Assembly: GCA_964526745.1 (NCBI GenBank)
Contig: CAZGMQ010000002.1
Span: forward strand, 1,604 to 65,603
From: an uncultured Verrucomicrobiota bacterium
GTDB lineage: Bacteria; Verrucomicrobiota; Kiritimatiellia; CAIQIC01; Lenti-01
DNA: 64,000 nt
Direction of reading: 5' to 3'
The translations under genes and the position numbers were made by a program. This document shows, in pieces, positions 1 through 10,670 of the stretch; the stretch's first letter is position 1, and each line of letters starts with the position of its first letter. Under the pieces are notes generated by a model. It was not told where the DNA came from, did no database searches, and saw nothing but the letters and a program-made list of their open reading frames with translations.

Positions 1-74
1 CTAATCCGGCCGCCTATTACCGCATCGAAGTGGCCCCTGAATAAACAATCGAATTCGGGGGAATTACGCTTGTC

Positions 75-644
75 ATGGGGCGGGTTCAGCCACAGACTCT
101 CCGCATGACGAAATGGTTCAGGCGGTGGCACCGCCGACAGCATAAGATGAAGCTTTCTTTGCGGGGAGGATATATCCACCGCCTGCTGGGGGAGCGCATT
201 TTTCATCGGCACATCTGGATGATGAATCTGCAAACGGTGTCCGGCGGGGCCTCGCTGGGTTTGTTTGTGGCCTGCACGCCGACCATCCCATTCCATATGC
301 TGCTCTGCACCGTCGGCGCGCTCGTGCTGCGGGTGAACCTGCCGGTGGCGCTCGTGGGTTGCTGGCTGACAAATCCAATCACGGCCGTTCCGGTTTATCT
401 GGCGGCGGCACGCCTGGGGCGGCATCTGCTGGGCGGTACGCATTTGGCGGAGCATGTCATGCGAATTTTCCGGTTTGATGCGACGATCGGTTCCCTCATG
501 GAAAAAGGGATCTATCTGTGGGCCGGTGGCCTGATTTTTGCCATCGTCGCTGCCATCGCCGGAAATCTGCTGGTCCGCGCCTCCTGGGGACTGGCGCGGT
601 ATCTAAAGTCCACACCGGCCCATCCAGACGCGCCAGAGGCCTAA
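75..644 (+). CDS. DUF2062-family membrane protein
   Basis: 189-aa ORF. Motif YIHRLLGERIFHRHIW...VSGGASLGLFVACTPTIPFHMLL is typical of DUF2062. C-terminal hydrophobic helices. True start may be an internal Met (e.g. nt 147). Confidence 0.55.
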   Translation: MGRVQPQTLRMTKWFRRWHRRQHKMKLSLRGGYIHRLLGERIFHRHIWMMNLQTVSGGASLGLFVACTPTIPFHMLLCTVGALVLRVNLPVALVGCWLTNPITAVPVYLAAARLGRHLLGGTHLAEHVMRIFRFDATIGSLMEKGIYLWAGGLIFAIVAAIAGNLLVRASWGLARYLKSTPAHPDAPEA

Positions 645-1039
645 CCTGGATTATTCATCAACATGGACGAAAATGCTGTTATATGATGCTGTGCAAATTG
701 ATATGAAAATATGTCGCAAAAAGTCAGTTTTGATCCATGTTGACCAAGGGCGCGACGATTCCAGCCCATCTGCTTAGGTGCACGGGGGTTCGCAGTATGT
801 CTATACAGCTTCACCCCGCGCATCGCGCATCTGGGCCGGACTTATCGCGTGAATAATCCAGGCTAAAAGGCGATCAAAGGGCCTGAAAAGGTCAAAAGTG
901 ACTAGAAATGGCCAAATAAACGAGAAAACCACCTCATTTTTCGGGGTTTTGTTGGTTTGGGACCCTTTTGACTGAAAAATCATGAAAAGGGACTTTTAGG
1001 CGGTTTTGTTGCGAAAAAGTCTGAAAATTGAATTTAGAC

Positions 1040-1260
1040 AGGATCAACGGGATCAAACAGTTTTTTTGCCCAATTCCTGAGAATTTGGTGATTTTTCGCC
1101 TTTCCCCCCAGTTTTGCCCCTCTTGCGATCATTTTTTGGCAAAAAGTGCGTTGCGAGGGGCTCTTGGACAGATCTCGGGCCATACTTTCACTGTTTTGGG
1201 CCCATATCTGGCAGGAAATATCGTTTTTTGCCCTTTTCTCCCTTTTCGTGTGATTCGCGA
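1040..1260 (+). promoter_or_regulatory. AT-rich, phased T-tract (TTTTTGCCC-type) region upstream of fusA; likely curved-DNA promoter/UP region
   Basis: T4-7 tracts centred near 1064, 1095, 1113, 1135, 1195, 1226, 1235 and 1244, spaced at roughly 10.5-bp multiples. Local GC is far below the window average. No coding potential. Confidence 0.35.
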
Positions 1261-1428
1261 CTTTCGTTGTGGCCTTCTCCTAATCGGAACCTGTTGGATC
1301 CTTTCTTCCTCCTTGTGGCGCTGCAAAACCAGTTAAGGAATGCTGAAACGGTTTTTCTTGGCGGGGAGGAGAGGGGCGTGGTAGGGTCTGCGCCCTTCAA
1401 CCTACTATAGAGGCAGGAATATTTAACC

Positions 1429-3525
1429 GTGGCAAAAGAAGTCAAATTAGAGGTGGCCGGGAGAGGCTACGCGCTGGCGGCGATCCGGAATATCGGGATC
1501 GTGGCGCATATTGACGCGGGCAAAACCACCACGACCGAACGCATGCTGTTTTACACCGGCAAGGTCCACAAGATGGGCGAGGTGCATGACGGCACGGCAG
1601 TGATGGACTGGATGGAGCAGGAGCAGGAACGCGGCATCACCATCACGAGCGCGGCGACGACCTGTTTCTGGCACGACACACAGATCAATATCATTGATAC
1701 GCCGGGCCATGTGGATTTCACGGCGGAAGTCGAACGCGCGCTTCGTGTGCTGGATGGGGCGGTGGGCATTTTCTGCGCGGTGGGTGGTGTGCAGCCGCAA
1801 TCGGAAACCGTGTGGCGTCAGGCCAGCAAGTATGGTGTGCCGCGGATTGCGTTCGTGAACAAGATGGATCGGACGGGCGCAGATTTTGTGCGGGTGGTGC
1901 AGGATATGCGCGACCGGTTGAGTGCGCCGGCAGTACCGATTCAGATTCCCTGGGGTTGCGAGGATCACTTTCAAGGCATGGTGGATCTGATCCGCATGCA
2001 GGTCCTGACATTCGATGACGATTCGCTCGGAACCAAAATGGTGACGGGCGACATTCCTGAAGAGCTGAAGGATGCAGCGCAGACCGCGCGCGAAGAATTA
2101 CTGGAAGCGGTGGCCGAAACGGATGAGGCCTTGCTGAATCTGTATCTGGAAGAGGGCGACCTGACGGAAGCCCAACTGGTGGAGGGGATCCGCAAGGCGA
2201 CACTGGGCAACCGCATGGTGCCGGTGCTGTGCGGAACCAGCCTGCGGAACCAGGGGATTCAGCCGCTGCTGGATGCCGTGGTGTCGCTGCTGCCGTCCCC
2301 GCTGGATGTGCCGCCGGTGATGGGGCGCAATCCGAAGACGGAAGAAGAAATCCTGTGCAAGACGAGCGACTTTGAACCGTTGTGTTCGCTGGCGTTCAAA
2401 GTGGCGAATGATCCGTTCGTCGGAAAACTGATTTTTATACGCGTGTATTCGGGCGAGCTGAAGAAGGGCACGAATGTGTTCAACCCGCGCACGAAAAAAC
2501 GCGAGCGCGTGATGCGGCTGATCCGGCTGCACGCGAATCAGCGCGAAGAAGTGGATGTGTTGTATTCCGGTGAGATCGGCGCGATTGCCGGCATCAAGGG
2601 CGTGGGCACGGGCGACACCCTGTGCATGGAGCAGAAACCGATTGTGCTGGAGCGGATCACTTTTCCGGAACCGGTGGTGACGATGGCCATCGAACCCAAG
2701 ACGCAGGCCGATAAAGAAAAAATGCAGCTCGCGCTGCAGGAATTGTCCGATGAGGATCCCACTTTTATGGTGGGGACCGATGTGGAGACGGGACAGACCA
2801 TCATCAAGGGCATGGGCGAGCTGCATCTGGAGATCCTGAAGGATCGCATGCTACGTGAATTCAAGGTGAAAGCCAATGCGGGCAGGCCGATGGTGGCCTA
2901 TCGCGAAACCATTCTGGGTTCTTCCACCGTCGAATTTATCTTCGATCGGGAGCTCGGCGGGAAGCGTCATTTCGCGATGGTGGGCATTCAGTTAGAAAAA
3001 AATGCACGTGGTGAAGGAAATAGGGTTGACTTTGAAGTCTCATCTGTTTCAATGCCACACGATTTTAGAACCGTTGTGGAGGAAGGTATTTGCGACGGTT
3101 TGAGTACTGGTGTGTTAGGAAATTTCCCACTGGTCGATGTTAAAGTTACGGTGGTCAACGGCCAATGTAACCCCGTCGATTCGTCGGAAATTGCGTTTCG
3201 ATCAGCGGCTTCGATGTCGTTGCGAGAAGCGGCGCAACAAGCTCGCCCAGTCCTTCTCGAGCCCATTATGGAGCTGGAGATTGTGGTGCCCGAAGAACAT
3301 TTGGGTGACGTGCTGGGCGATTTGAATATGCGCCGTGGCCAGATCAAAGACGTGGCGCAACGAGATGGAACGCGGGTGATTGAGGCGTCGGTGCCGTTGG
3401 CAGAACTGTTTGGTTATGCTACGACATTGCGCTCTTTGACACGTGGACGAGCCGGGTACACGATGGAGCCGAGTCGCTTCGACGTGGTGCCGGAGAGTTT
3501 GAGTCAGAAAATGATGAACCGTTGA
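1429..3525 (+). CDS. fusA: elongation factor G
   Basis: 698 aa with GTG start. N-terminus [41 protein letters not shown] GTPase motifs. Full-length EF-G domain order. Sits directly upstream of rpsJ. Confidence 0.95.
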   Translation: MAKEVKLEVAGRGYALAAIRNIGIVAHIDAGKTTTTERMLFYTGKVHKMGEVHDGTAVMDWMEQEQERGITITSAATTCFWHDTQINIIDTPGHVDFTAEVERALRVLDGAVGIFCAVGGVQPQSETVWRQASKYGVPRIAFVNKMDRTGADFVRVVQDMRDRLSAPAVPIQIPWGCEDHFQGMVDLIRMQVLTFDDDSLGTKMVTGDIPEELKDAAQTAREELLEAVAETDEALLNLYLEEGDLTEAQLVEGIRKATLGNRMVPVLCGTSLRNQGIQPLLDAVVSLLPSPLDVPPVMGRNPKTEEEILCKTSDFEPLCSLAFKVANDPFVGKLIFIRVYSGELKKGTNVFNPRTKKRERVMRLIRLHANQREEVDVLYSGEIGAIAGIKGVGTGDTLCMEQKPIVLERITFPEPVVTMAIEPKTQADKEKMQLALQELSDEDPTFMVGTDVETGQTIIKGMGELHLEILKDRMLREFKVKANAGRPMVAYRETILGSSTVEFIFDRELGGKRHFAMVGIQLEKNARGEGNRVDFEVSSVSMPHDFRTVVEEGICDGLSTGVLGNFPLVDVKVTVVNGQCNPVDSSEIAFRSAASMSLREAAQQARPVLLEPIMELEIVVPEEHLGDVLGDLNMRRGQIKDVAQRDGTRVIEASVPLAELFGYATTLRSLTRGRAGYTMEPSRFDVVPESLSQKMMNR

Positions 3526-3532
3526 CAGAGAA

Positions 3533-3850
3533 GTGAACAATATGAGCGGACAACGAATTAGAATACGGTTGAGGGCTTTCGACCACAGAATGCTGGACCA
3601 GTCGGCCAGCGAGATCGTGGAAACGACCAAACGCACCGGTGCTCGCGTAGCGGGACCCATTCCGATGCCGACGCGCATTGAGCGCTACACGGTCAATCGG
3701 AGCGTGCATGCGGACAAGAAATCCATGGAACAGTTTGAGATCCGGACCCATAAGCGGTTGCTGGATATCATTGACCCCACGGCTAAGACAGTCGATGAGC
3801 TGAAGAAGCTCAACCTGCCTGCCGGTGTGGACATCCAAATCAAGATCTAA
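3533..3850 (+). CDS. rpsJ: 30S ribosomal protein S10
   Basis: [18 protein letters not shown]...[38 protein letters not shown]. Start may be the ATG at 3542. Confidence 0.93.
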   Translation: MNNMSGQRIRIRLRAFDHRMLDQSASEIVETTKRTGARVAGPIPMPTRIERYTVNRSVHADKKSMEQFEIRTHKRLLDIIDPTAKTVDELKKLNLPAGVDIQIKI

Positions 3851-3860
3851 GGGGAGGATG

Positions 3861-4493
3861 ACCATGCAAACATTAATTGGTAAGAAAATCGGTATGACCC
3901 GCGTCTATGATGACGCCGGTGTGCATGTGCCGGTGACGGTGGTCCAGGTCGGCCCCTGCGTTGTGACGCAGCGCAAGACGACCGAGACGGATCAATACGA
4001 AGCCGTCCAGCTTGGATTTGAAGAACAGAAGGAATCGCGAATGAACAAGCCTGAGAAGGGCCACTTCGCGAAGGCCGGTGCCGCCCCCCAGAAGATTCTG
4101 CGCGAAGTTCGCGTGGAAGCGGATGAGGAAGCTAAGCCGGGCGATATCCTGACCGCCTCTCTGTTTGAAGGCGTGAAATTTGTGGATGTTCTCGGCAAAA
4201 CCAAGGGCCGTGGCTTCCAGGGTGTGGTTCGCCGCTACCGGGTGGCGGGGGGGCCTGCCACTCACGGTTCCGGAACGCATCGCCGCATCGGCTCGATCGG
4301 TAACCGACATTGGCCTTCGCGTGTATTTAAGAACAAGAAGATGCCGGGCCAAATGGGTTCGGTGGATATCACGACCCAGAACCTGCGGGTAGTCAAGGTG
4401 TTGACCGAAGACAACGCGCTGTTGATCGAAGGTGCGGTTCCGGGCCCGATGGGCGGAATTGTTGTCGTGCGTAAAGCGATTAAGAAGGCATAG
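3861..4493 (+). CDS. rplC: 50S ribosomal protein L3
   Basis: MTMQTLIGKKIGMTRVYDDAGVHVPVTVVQVGPCVVTQ. An upstream in-frame extension in the ORF track is probably not translated. Confidence 0.9.
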   Translation, partial: TMQTLIGKKIGMTRVYDDAGVHVPVTVVQVGPCVVTQRKTTETDQYEAVQLGFEEQKESRMNKPEKGHFAKAGAAPQKILREVRVEADEEAKPGDILTASLFEGVKFVDVLGKTKGRGFQGVVRRYRVAGGPATHGSGTHRRIGSIGNRHWPSRVFKNKKMPGQMGSVDITTQNLRVVKVLTEDNALLIEGAVPGPMGGIVVVRKAIKKA

Positions 4494-4497
4494 CGTC

Positions 4498-5136
4498 ATG
4501 AGTAAAGTCGCAGTATATAATCTGAATGGCGAAGCCGCCGGCGAACAACAGGTCGCGGATGAGCTTCTGGAACTGAAGCGCGGCAAACAAGCCGTGCTGG
4601 ATGCCGTTACGGCATACCGTGCGGGAATCCGTGCGGGCACCGCGTCCACCAAGACCCGCGCCGACGTGCGGGGCGGTGGCGCTAAGCCCTTCAAGCAAAA
4701 AGGCACCGGCCGCGCCCGTCAGGGTACGCGCAGTTCACCGATTTTGCGTGGGGGTGGTGTGGTCTTTGGTCCCCATCCCCGGGACTTCTCCAAGAAGCTG
4801 AATAAGAAGGCCGCGCAACTGGCATTTCGCCATGCGCTGAGCTCAAAAATCGCTTCGGGAGCGGTCTCTGTGGCGGAAGGCCTCGAAACCATTGAGCCGA
4901 AGACCAAATTGATCGGTGACCTCCTGAAGAAGGTCGGCGGTGGCAAGGCGGTCCTGTTTGTGACCGGCGAATCCAACAAGAATTTAAACATGGCGGCTCG
5001 CAATGTTCCGAAGGTCGAAGTCACGACCGCCGGACAGGCGTTTACCTACCAGGTGATGCGGTATCCGGTCATTTTGACCGATGCAGCGGGTCTGGAAGGC
5101 CTGAAAGCCCGCCTCTCGAAAGGGGTGGAGAAATGA
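4498..5136 (+). CDS. rplD: 50S ribosomal protein L4
   Basis: Internal start MSKVAVYNLNGEAAGEQ... Conserved L4 core RGGGAKPFKQKGTGRARQGT. Confidence 0.9.
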   Translation: MSKVAVYNLNGEAAGEQQVADELLELKRGKQAVLDAVTAYRAGIRAGTASTKTRADVRGGGAKPFKQKGTGRARQGTRSSPILRGGGVVFGPHPRDFSKKLNKKAAQLAFRHALSSKIASGAVSVAEGLETIEPKTKLIGDLLKKVGGGKAVLFVTGESNKNLNMAARNVPKVEVTTAGQAFTYQVMRYPVILTDAAGLEGLKARLSKGVEK

Positions 5137-5414
5137 AAAGCCTGATCATCAAGCGGATTTTGATGACCGAAAAGGGGACCCGCCTCCAAGAGGTGGCGAA
5201 CCAGTATGTCTTCGAAGTCGACCGCGGTGCGAACAAGATCGAGATTCGCCGTGCGGTGGAAAAACAGTTTAGCGTCAAGGTCAAGGAAGTGAACACCATG
5301 ACCCGCAAGGGCAAGGCGAAACGCCTTCGCACAGCGTCCTATGGCCGCACCCCATCGTGGAAACGCGCAGTGGTGACGCTCCAGGACGGCCAGAGCATCG
5401 AAATGGCACAGTAG
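5133..5414 (+). CDS. rplW: 50S ribosomal protein L23
   Basis: 93 aa. ATGA overlap with rplD stop. ILMTEKGTRLQEVANQYVFEVDRGANKIEIRRAVEKQFSVKV. Confidence 0.9.
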   Translation: MKSLIIKRILMTEKGTRLQEVANQYVFEVDRGANKIEIRRAVEKQFSVKVKEVNTMTRKGKAKRLRTASYGRTPSWKRAVVTLQDGQSIEMAQ

Positions 5415-5425
5415 AGGATTGAACC

Positions 5426-6256
5426 ATGGGTCTGAAAACACATAAGCCGAGAACAGCCAGCCTGCGCCACACCACGCTCTCGAATTTCGAGGGTGTGAGC
5501 AAGAAGCGTCCAGAGCGTGGACTGATCAAAATCAAGAAGCGGAAAGCCGGGCGCAACTCGCAGGGCCGGATTACGGTTCGCCATCGCGGTGGCGGCCATA
5601 AGAAATTTTTGCGACTGGTTGATTTCAAGCGTCATGACAAGCTGGACATTCCGGCGAAGGTGCAGGCGATTGAGTACGACCCGAACCGCACCGCCCATTT
5701 GGCGCTATTGGCGTATGCCGATGGCGAAAAGCGCTATATTCTGGCGCCCAACGGCTTGATCGCGGGGATGAGCGTCGTGACGAGCCCCAAATGCGAGCCG
5801 GCCACGGGCAATGCGATGCAATTGATGTCGATTCCGCTGGGCCTGATTGTTCACGCGGTCGAAATGGTTCCGGGCGCCAGCGCCAAGATGGTGCGGAGTG
5901 CGGGGATGTCGGCCCGGGTGCAGGCCAAAGATGACAAGTACGTGCATCTGAAACTGCCTTCCGGCGAAGTTCGCAAGATCAATGGTGCGTGCTATGCGAC
6001 CATCGGTCAGGTCGGTAACATCGAACACGAAAAGATTTCTCTGGGTAAAGCCGGTCGGAAACGCTGGTTGGGCATCCGCCCGACCGTGCGCGGTGTGGCG
6101 ATGAACCCGGTCGACCATCCGATGGGCGGCGGCGAAGGCCGCAGTTCCGGTGGTGGACATCCGGTGACTCCCTGGGGTCAACTCACAAAGGGCAAGAGGA
6201 CGCGCAGTCGCAGCAATCCCTCGAGCAAGTTTATTGTGCAACGCAGAAAGAAGTAG
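5426..6256 (+). CDS. rplB: 50S ribosomal protein L2
   Basis: 276 aa. [48 protein letters not shown]. Confidence 0.95.
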   Translation: MGLKTHKPRTASLRHTTLSNFEGVSKKRPERGLIKIKKRKAGRNSQGRITVRHRGGGHKKFLRLVDFKRHDKLDIPAKVQAIEYDPNRTAHLALLAYADGEKRYILAPNGLIAGMSVVTSPKCEPATGNAMQLMSIPLGLIVHAVEMVPGASAKMVRSAGMSARVQAKDDKYVHLKLPSGEVRKINGACYATIGQVGNIEHEKISLGKAGRKRWLGIRPTVRGVAMNPVDHPMGGGEGRSSGGGHPVTPWGQLTKGKRTRSRSNPSSKFIVQRRKK

Positions 6257-6260
6257 GATT

Positions 6261-6545
6261 ATGGCCCGTTCACTGAAAAAAGGTCCGTATGTGGAAGCCC
6301 ACCTGGTTAAGAAGGTGGAAGCACTCAATGTGAGTGGAGCGAAGCGCCCGATCAAGACCTGGTCGCGCCGGAGCATGATTCTTCCTGATTTCGTGGGTCA
6401 CACCTTCGCCGTTCACAACGGCAAGGTCTTCACCAGTGTGTTTGTGACAGAGAACATGGTCGGCCACCGCATGGGCGAATTCGCCCCGACGCGGACATTC
6501 CGCCGCCATGGTTCAGCGACCGATAAGACGGCGACGCTGAAGTAG
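6261..6545 (+). CDS. rpsS: 30S ribosomal protein S19
   Basis: [20 protein letters not shown]...[37 protein letters not shown]. Confidence 0.92.
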   Translation: MARSLKKGPYVEAHLVKKVEALNVSGAKRPIKTWSRRSMILPDFVGHTFAVHNGKVFTSVFVTENMVGHRMGEFAPTRTFRRHGSATDKTATLK

Positions 6546-6552
6546 AGTTTGG

Positions 6553-7302
6553 ATGAAAGGTTCTCGGCGTTTGTTGCGGCTTCTTTGGGTCGTTCCAATT
6601 CTGGGAGCAGCGGTTGCGGCAGGCTGGTTCGCCAGTGAGTGGCAGTCGAAGAATCGATCTTTGATGGAAGGGCCGGCGACCGCGCCGGCACGTCTTAAGG
6701 AGGGCGGCGGAGTTACATCCGCGCCCCCGATTGAGGCGGAGACGGCCGTGAATTCGGTGCTGTCCGCGTTGGATGAAACAAAAACCATCCGCACGGACGG
6801 GCCCGCATCAGCGGCCGTGGGAGGCGCGGCGGATGGCCACCCCGATGAGTTATTGGACCTGGTGACGAGCGAGTCCCGGTTGGTGACGATTCGGCTGGCG
6901 AAGGAAGTGGACGGATTGCGAAGCGATCTGGCTGACCGGAACCGGCGGATTCGGAAGCTGAGCGAGGCTTTGGCCGATGCGCAGGCGACGCTGGATGTGA
7001 ATGAAGCGCGCCGGGCACAGGCGGTTGGATCCGAGGCCGTGAGGCCAGTGGATGCTCCGATCGAGGCGAGAATCGTGGACTCAAACACGGAACTTGGCTT
7101 AGTGATTTTGGATCAGGGCGCCCGACAGGGTGTCCGGTACGGGTTGCCGTTGACGGTGATGAGAGGCCGGCGGCGAGTGGCACGAATTCGGGTAGTAGAT
7201 GTGAGAGAGAGAATCGCAGGCGCTGTGGTCGAGGAGACCGCGCGAGGCGATGCCCCCCAAACAGGGGACCGGGCGGCCTTGATTAGGCCTGAAGGTCCTT
7301 GA
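6553..7302 (+). CDS. hypothetical membrane-anchored coiled-coil protein inserted between rpsS and rplV
   Basis: 249 aa in operon orientation, with 7-nt and 10-nt spacers. N-terminal hydrophobic segment LLRLLWVVPILGAAVAAGWFA. Charged helical middle. C-terminal beta-rich block LGLVILDQGARQGVRYGLPLTV...VARIRVVDV. Host-like codon usage. Confidence 0.7.
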   Translation: MKGSRRLLRLLWVVPILGAAVAAGWFASEWQSKNRSLMEGPATAPARLKEGGGVTSAPPIEAETAVNSVLSALDETKTIRTDGPASAAVGGAADGHPDELLDLVTSESRLVTIRLAKEVDGLRSDLADRNRRIRKLSEALADAQATLDVNEARRAQAVGSEAVRPVDAPIEARIVDSNTELGLVILDQGARQGVRYGLPLTVMRGRRRVARIRVVDVRERIAGAVVEETARGDAPQTGDRAALIRPEGP

Positions 7303-7312
7303 GGAACGAGAC

Positions 7313-7666
7313 ATGGAAATTAAAGCAGTAACGAAATATGTGCGGATGTCGCCGACCAAGGCGCGGGACCTGGCGCGTGCCATTCAAGGCAAGAGCGTCG
7401 GCGAGGCATTGATGGTCGTGGAATTGAACAAACGCAAGGCAGCTGTGCAGATTGGTAAAACGCTGAAATCGGCGATTGCGAACGCGGAAAACAACGCGGA
7501 GCTGTCAGCGGATACTCTGTATGTGGCTCAGGCGGTCATCGAGAACGGCCCGATTCTTAAACGGCATTGGCCGAGAGCACGCGGTTCGGCTTCGCCGATC
7601 CAGAAGAAAATGAGTCACATTCGTGTGGTACTGACGGACGAAAAGCCGCCAAAGAAAAAGAAGTAA
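7313..7666 (+). CDS. rplV: 50S ribosomal protein L22
   Basis: MEIKAVTKYVRMSPTKARDLARAIQGKSVGEALMVVE. Confidence 0.92.
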   Translation: MEIKAVTKYVRMSPTKARDLARAIQGKSVGEALMVVELNKRKAAVQIGKTLKSAIANAENNAELSADTLYVAQAVIENGPILKRHWPRARGSASPIQKKMSHIRVVLTDEKPPKKKK

Positions 7667-7698
7667 CGGAATTTTGAGAGAATAAGAGGAGGCACACT

Positions 7699-8370
7699 TT
7701 GGGCCAAAAAGTTAATCCAATCGGTTTCCGCATGGCTGTCCACAAACAGTGGAAGAGCCGCTGGTTTGCGGAGAAGAAAGAATTCGGCGATCTGCTGAAC
7801 GAAGATCTCGTAATCCGGGATCTGGTTCGCGGCCGCCTGAAGGATGCGGCGATCGCCGACATCATCATTGAGCGCTATGCCGAGCGTGCCCGTGTGACGG
7901 TGTATTCCGCGCGTCCGGGTGTGGTCATCGGCCGCAAGGGCGAGGGCATCGACAAGCTGCGCGAAGAACTCTGTGTCAAGACGGGCAAAGAAGTCTATGT
8001 CGAGATCAAAGAAGTGCGCAATCCGGATGCCAATGCGCAGTTGGTGGCGGAGAACATCGCGGTGCAGCTCGAACGACGCGTGGCGTTCCGCCGGGCGATG
8101 AAGCGTGCGCTTCAGCTGGCAATGGACATGGGTGCTCTGGGCATCCGGGTGCAGGCCTGCGGCCGCCTGGGCGGCTCCGAGCTGGCGCGTGTGGAACATT
8201 ATATGGTGGGCAAAGTGCCGTTGCAGACGCTTCGTGCGAATGTGCAGTACGGGTTTGCCGAAGCGAATACCATGGCGGGCAAGGTCGGCATCAAGTGCTG
8301 GATCTGCCTGAAGCCTGAGAACGAGAAGCCGGCTCAGAATAAGGAGAAGTCCTATGCCCCTTATGCCTAA
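7699..8370 (+). CDS. rpsC: 30S ribosomal protein S3
   Basis: [24 protein letters not shown]... KH and S3-C domains. Confidence 0.95.
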   Translation: MGQKVNPIGFRMAVHKQWKSRWFAEKKEFGDLLNEDLVIRDLVRGRLKDAAIADIIIERYAERARVTVYSARPGVVIGRKGEGIDKLREELCVKTGKEVYVEIKEVRNPDANAQLVAENIAVQLERRVAFRRAMKRALQLAMDMGALGIRVQACGRLGGSELARVEHYMVGKVPLQTLRANVQYGFAEANTMAGKVGIKCWICLKPENEKPAQNKEKSYAPYA

Positions 8371-8776
8371 ACGAGTGAAGTATCGCCAAAGCCAGCGCGG
8401 ATCGCGCAAGGGCAATGCGATGACCGGGAATACCCTGGCGTTTGGCGAATATGGTTTGCGTGCGATGGAGCGTTGCTGGATCAGCAACATCCAGATCGAA
8501 GCCTGTCGCGTCGCGATGAATCGCGAAATGAAACGTAAAGGAAAACTCTGGATCCGCATTTTCCCGGATAAGTCCTATTCGCAGAAGCCCTTGGAAGTCC
8601 GGATGGGCAAAGGTAAGGGCGCGATTGAAGGCTGGGTGGCCGTAGTGCGCCCCGGACGAATCCTTTTTGAAATGGACGGTGTGAGCGAGTCGCAAGCGAT
8701 TGCCTGTATCCGTCTGGCCGCCACCAAGTTGCCGATCCGCACGACCCTCGTGCGTCGCGGTGTCACCCTGGCATAA
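8354..8776 (+). CDS. rplP: 50S ribosomal protein L16
   Basis: [30 protein letters not shown] 7 nt upstream. Overlaps the rpsC end. Confidence 0.93.
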   Translation: MPLMPKRVKYRQSQRGSRKGNAMTGNTLAFGEYGLRAMERCWISNIQIEACRVAMNREMKRKGKLWIRIFPDKSYSQKPLEVRMGKGKGAIEGWVAVVRPGRILFEMDGVSESQAIACIRLAATKLPIRTTLVRRGVTLA

Positions 8777-8789
8777 GGAGAGCGAACCA

Positions 8790-8984
8790 ATGAAGGCGAA
8801 TGAAGTTCGTGATCTCTCGGCGGAAGAGCAGGCCCAGACGCTTGCTGACACCGAGAAAGAATTGTTCACCCTGCGCATCCAGCAGTCTTCGGGCCAGCTG
8901 GACAAGCCCGACCGCATCCGTGTGGTCAAGCGTCAGATCGCGCGCATCAAGACGGTCATGAATCAGGCGAAAGCCGCGGAGTAG
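8790..8984 (+). CDS. rpmC: 50S ribosomal protein L29
   Basis: Internal start MKANEVRDLSAEEQAQTLADTEKELFTLRIQQ. 64 aa. Confidence 0.85.
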   Translation: MKANEVRDLSAEEQAQTLADTEKELFTLRIQQSSGQLDKPDRIRVVKRQIARIKTVMNQAKAAE

Positions 8985-8987
8985 GAT

Positions 8988-9275
8988 ATGTCGACGGAAA
9001 CAACAGAACGTAATCAGCGCAAGGAACGCGTTGGCATCGTCTTGAGCGATGCCATGGACAAGACGGTTGTCGTGCAGGTGGAACGCCGCATCGCGCATCC
9101 GCTTTATGGAAAAATCATGCGTCGTCACAAAAAGTATTATGTGCACGACGAGAAGAATGAGGCCAAGAAGGGCGACCGCGTCGTGATTTCTGAAACCCGT
9201 CCGCTGAGCAAGACGAAGCGGTGGCGGTTGGTGGAAATTTCCAAGCAGGGTCGTGGAAACGAGGTGCCGCAATGA
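8988..9275 (+). CDS. rpsQ: 30S ribosomal protein S17
   Basis: [45 protein letters not shown]. Confidence 0.92.
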   Translation: MSTETTERNQRKERVGIVLSDAMDKTVVVQVERRIAHPLYGKIMRRHKKYYVHDEKNEAKKGDRVVISETRPLSKTKRWRLVEISKQGRGNEVPQ

Positions 9276-9637
9276 TTCAGATGGAAACCGAATGCCCGGT
9301 GGCGGATAACACCGGCGCGCGCTTGGTCAAGTGCATCAAAGTACTGGGCCAGCGCAAGAAAGTTGCGCACATCGGGGACATCATCAAGGTGTCGATCCGT
9401 GAAACGCAGCCGCTGGGCATGGTCAAGAAGGGCGAAGTCTGCTCGGCATTGATCGTCCGGACCGCCGCTCCGATCCGTCGGGCGGATGGCTCCACGTTGT
9501 CATTCGACCACAATGCAGTGATTCTGATCGATGATCAGAAGAACCCGCGCGGCAGCCGCATCTTCGGACCTGTGGCCCGTGAACTGCGCGAAAAGAACTA
9601 CATGAAGGTCATCTCTTTGGCCCCCGAGGTGCTGTGA
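9272..9637 (+). CDS. rplN: 50S ribosomal protein L14
   Basis: [26 protein letters not shown]. 4-nt overlap with rpsQ. Confidence 0.95.
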   Translation: MIQMETECPVADNTGARLVKCIKVLGQRKKVAHIGDIIKVSIRETQPLGMVKKGEVCSALIVRTAAPIRRADGSTLSFDHNAVILIDDQKNPRGSRIFGPVARELREKNYMKVISLAPEVL

Positions 9638-9903
9638 TGAGTAAAATCAAAATGCATATTCGCTGCGGTGATATTGTTCGCGCCATTTCCGGTGCGGACT
9701 GTGACGGAAAAAAGACCGGCAAAGTGCTGAAGGTCTATCCGGAAAAAGGACGCGCGCTGGTTGAGGGCTTCCATTTTGTGAAGAAGCACATGCGCAAGTC
9801 GCAAGATAATCCCAACGGCGGGATCATCACCAAGGAGGCGCCCCTGGCGGCCTCGAACCTCAAAGTGGTGACACCGGCTGTGAAGAAATCGGATAAGGAA
9901 TAG
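9637..9903 (+). CDS. rplX: 50S ribosomal protein L24
   Basis: [19 protein letters not shown]...GKVLKVYPEKGRALVEGF (KOW). TGATG overlap with rplN. Confidence 0.9.
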   Translation: MSKIKMHIRCGDIVRAISGADCDGKKTGKVLKVYPEKGRALVEGFHFVKKHMRKSQDNPNGGIITKEAPLAASNLKVVTPAVKKSDKE

Positions 9904-9914
9904 GACGGGTTATC

Positions 9915-10454
9915 ATGTCGATCCTGAAAGATAAATATCAAAAAGAAGTGATGAAGGCGCTGAAGGACACGGGGAGGTTTCCCTCCACGATGGACATTCC
10001 GCGGCTTTCAAAGGTGTCGGTCAACATGGCGGTGAACGCCTTGGTGGACCGCGATGCATTGAAGTTGGTGGCGGATGACCTCGCGAAGATTACGGGACAG
10101 CGTCCCGCGATCACCAAAGCGACCAAAAGCATCTCCAACTTCAAGTTGCGTGAAGGAATGGCCGTGGGCGCCCGTGTGACTCTTCGAGGCGCACGGATGT
10201 ATGATTTTGTCGAAAGACTGATTCATGCCACACTGCCACGTATTCGAGATTTCCGCGGGGTGTCAGCGAAGTCGTTTGATGGCCACGGGAACTATTCATT
10301 AGGACTGAAAGAACAAACCCTGTTTCCTGAGATGGATGCTGACAAGATCAAGCGCGTCCAGGGAATGGATATTACGATTGTGACCACCGCGAAGAACGAT
10401 GACGATGCCCGGGAGCTGTTGAAGCTGCTGGGGATGCCATTTGCCAACGCGTAG
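9915..10454 (+). CDS. rplE: 50S ribosomal protein L5
   Basis: 179 aa. LKDKYQKEVMKALKD...ITIVTTAKNDDDARELLKLLGMPF. Confidence 0.95.
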   Translation: MSILKDKYQKEVMKALKDTGRFPSTMDIPRLSKVSVNMAVNALVDRDALKLVADDLAKITGQRPAITKATKSISNFKLREGMAVGARVTLRGARMYDFVERLIHATLPRIRDFRGVSAKSFDGHGNYSLGLKEQTLFPEMDADKIKRVQGMDITIVTTAKNDDDARELLKLLGMPFANA

Positions 10455-10472
10455 GCGAAAGAGAGGAAGACC

Positions 10473-10658
10473 TTGGCTAAGACATCATTACGGGTAAAAG
10501 CAGCGCGCGATCCCAAGTTCGCAGTGCGTGCATATAGCCGATGCCGGCGTTGCGGACGTCCCCGCGCCTACATTCGGAAATTTCAGTTGTGCCGTATTTG
10601 CTTTCGCGAATTGGCGTCCGAGGGAAAAATCCCCGGCGTTGTGAAAGCCAGCTGGTAG
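10473..10658 (+). CDS. rpsN: 30S ribosomal protein S14, zinc-binding type Z
   Basis: 61 aa. [23 protein letters not shown] has the C-x2-C...C-x2-C motif. Apparent TTG start after AGAGGAAG. Confidence 0.9.
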   Translation: MAKTSLRVKAARDPKFAVRAYSRCRRCGRPRAYIRKFQLCRICFRELASEGKIPGVVKASW

Positions 10659-10670
10659 GAGGAAGAAACC

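Noticed and set aside
1-44. Possible 3' end of an upstream gene (…NPAAYYRIEVAPE*)
   Set aside because: Only 14 codons are visible, too short to support a call.
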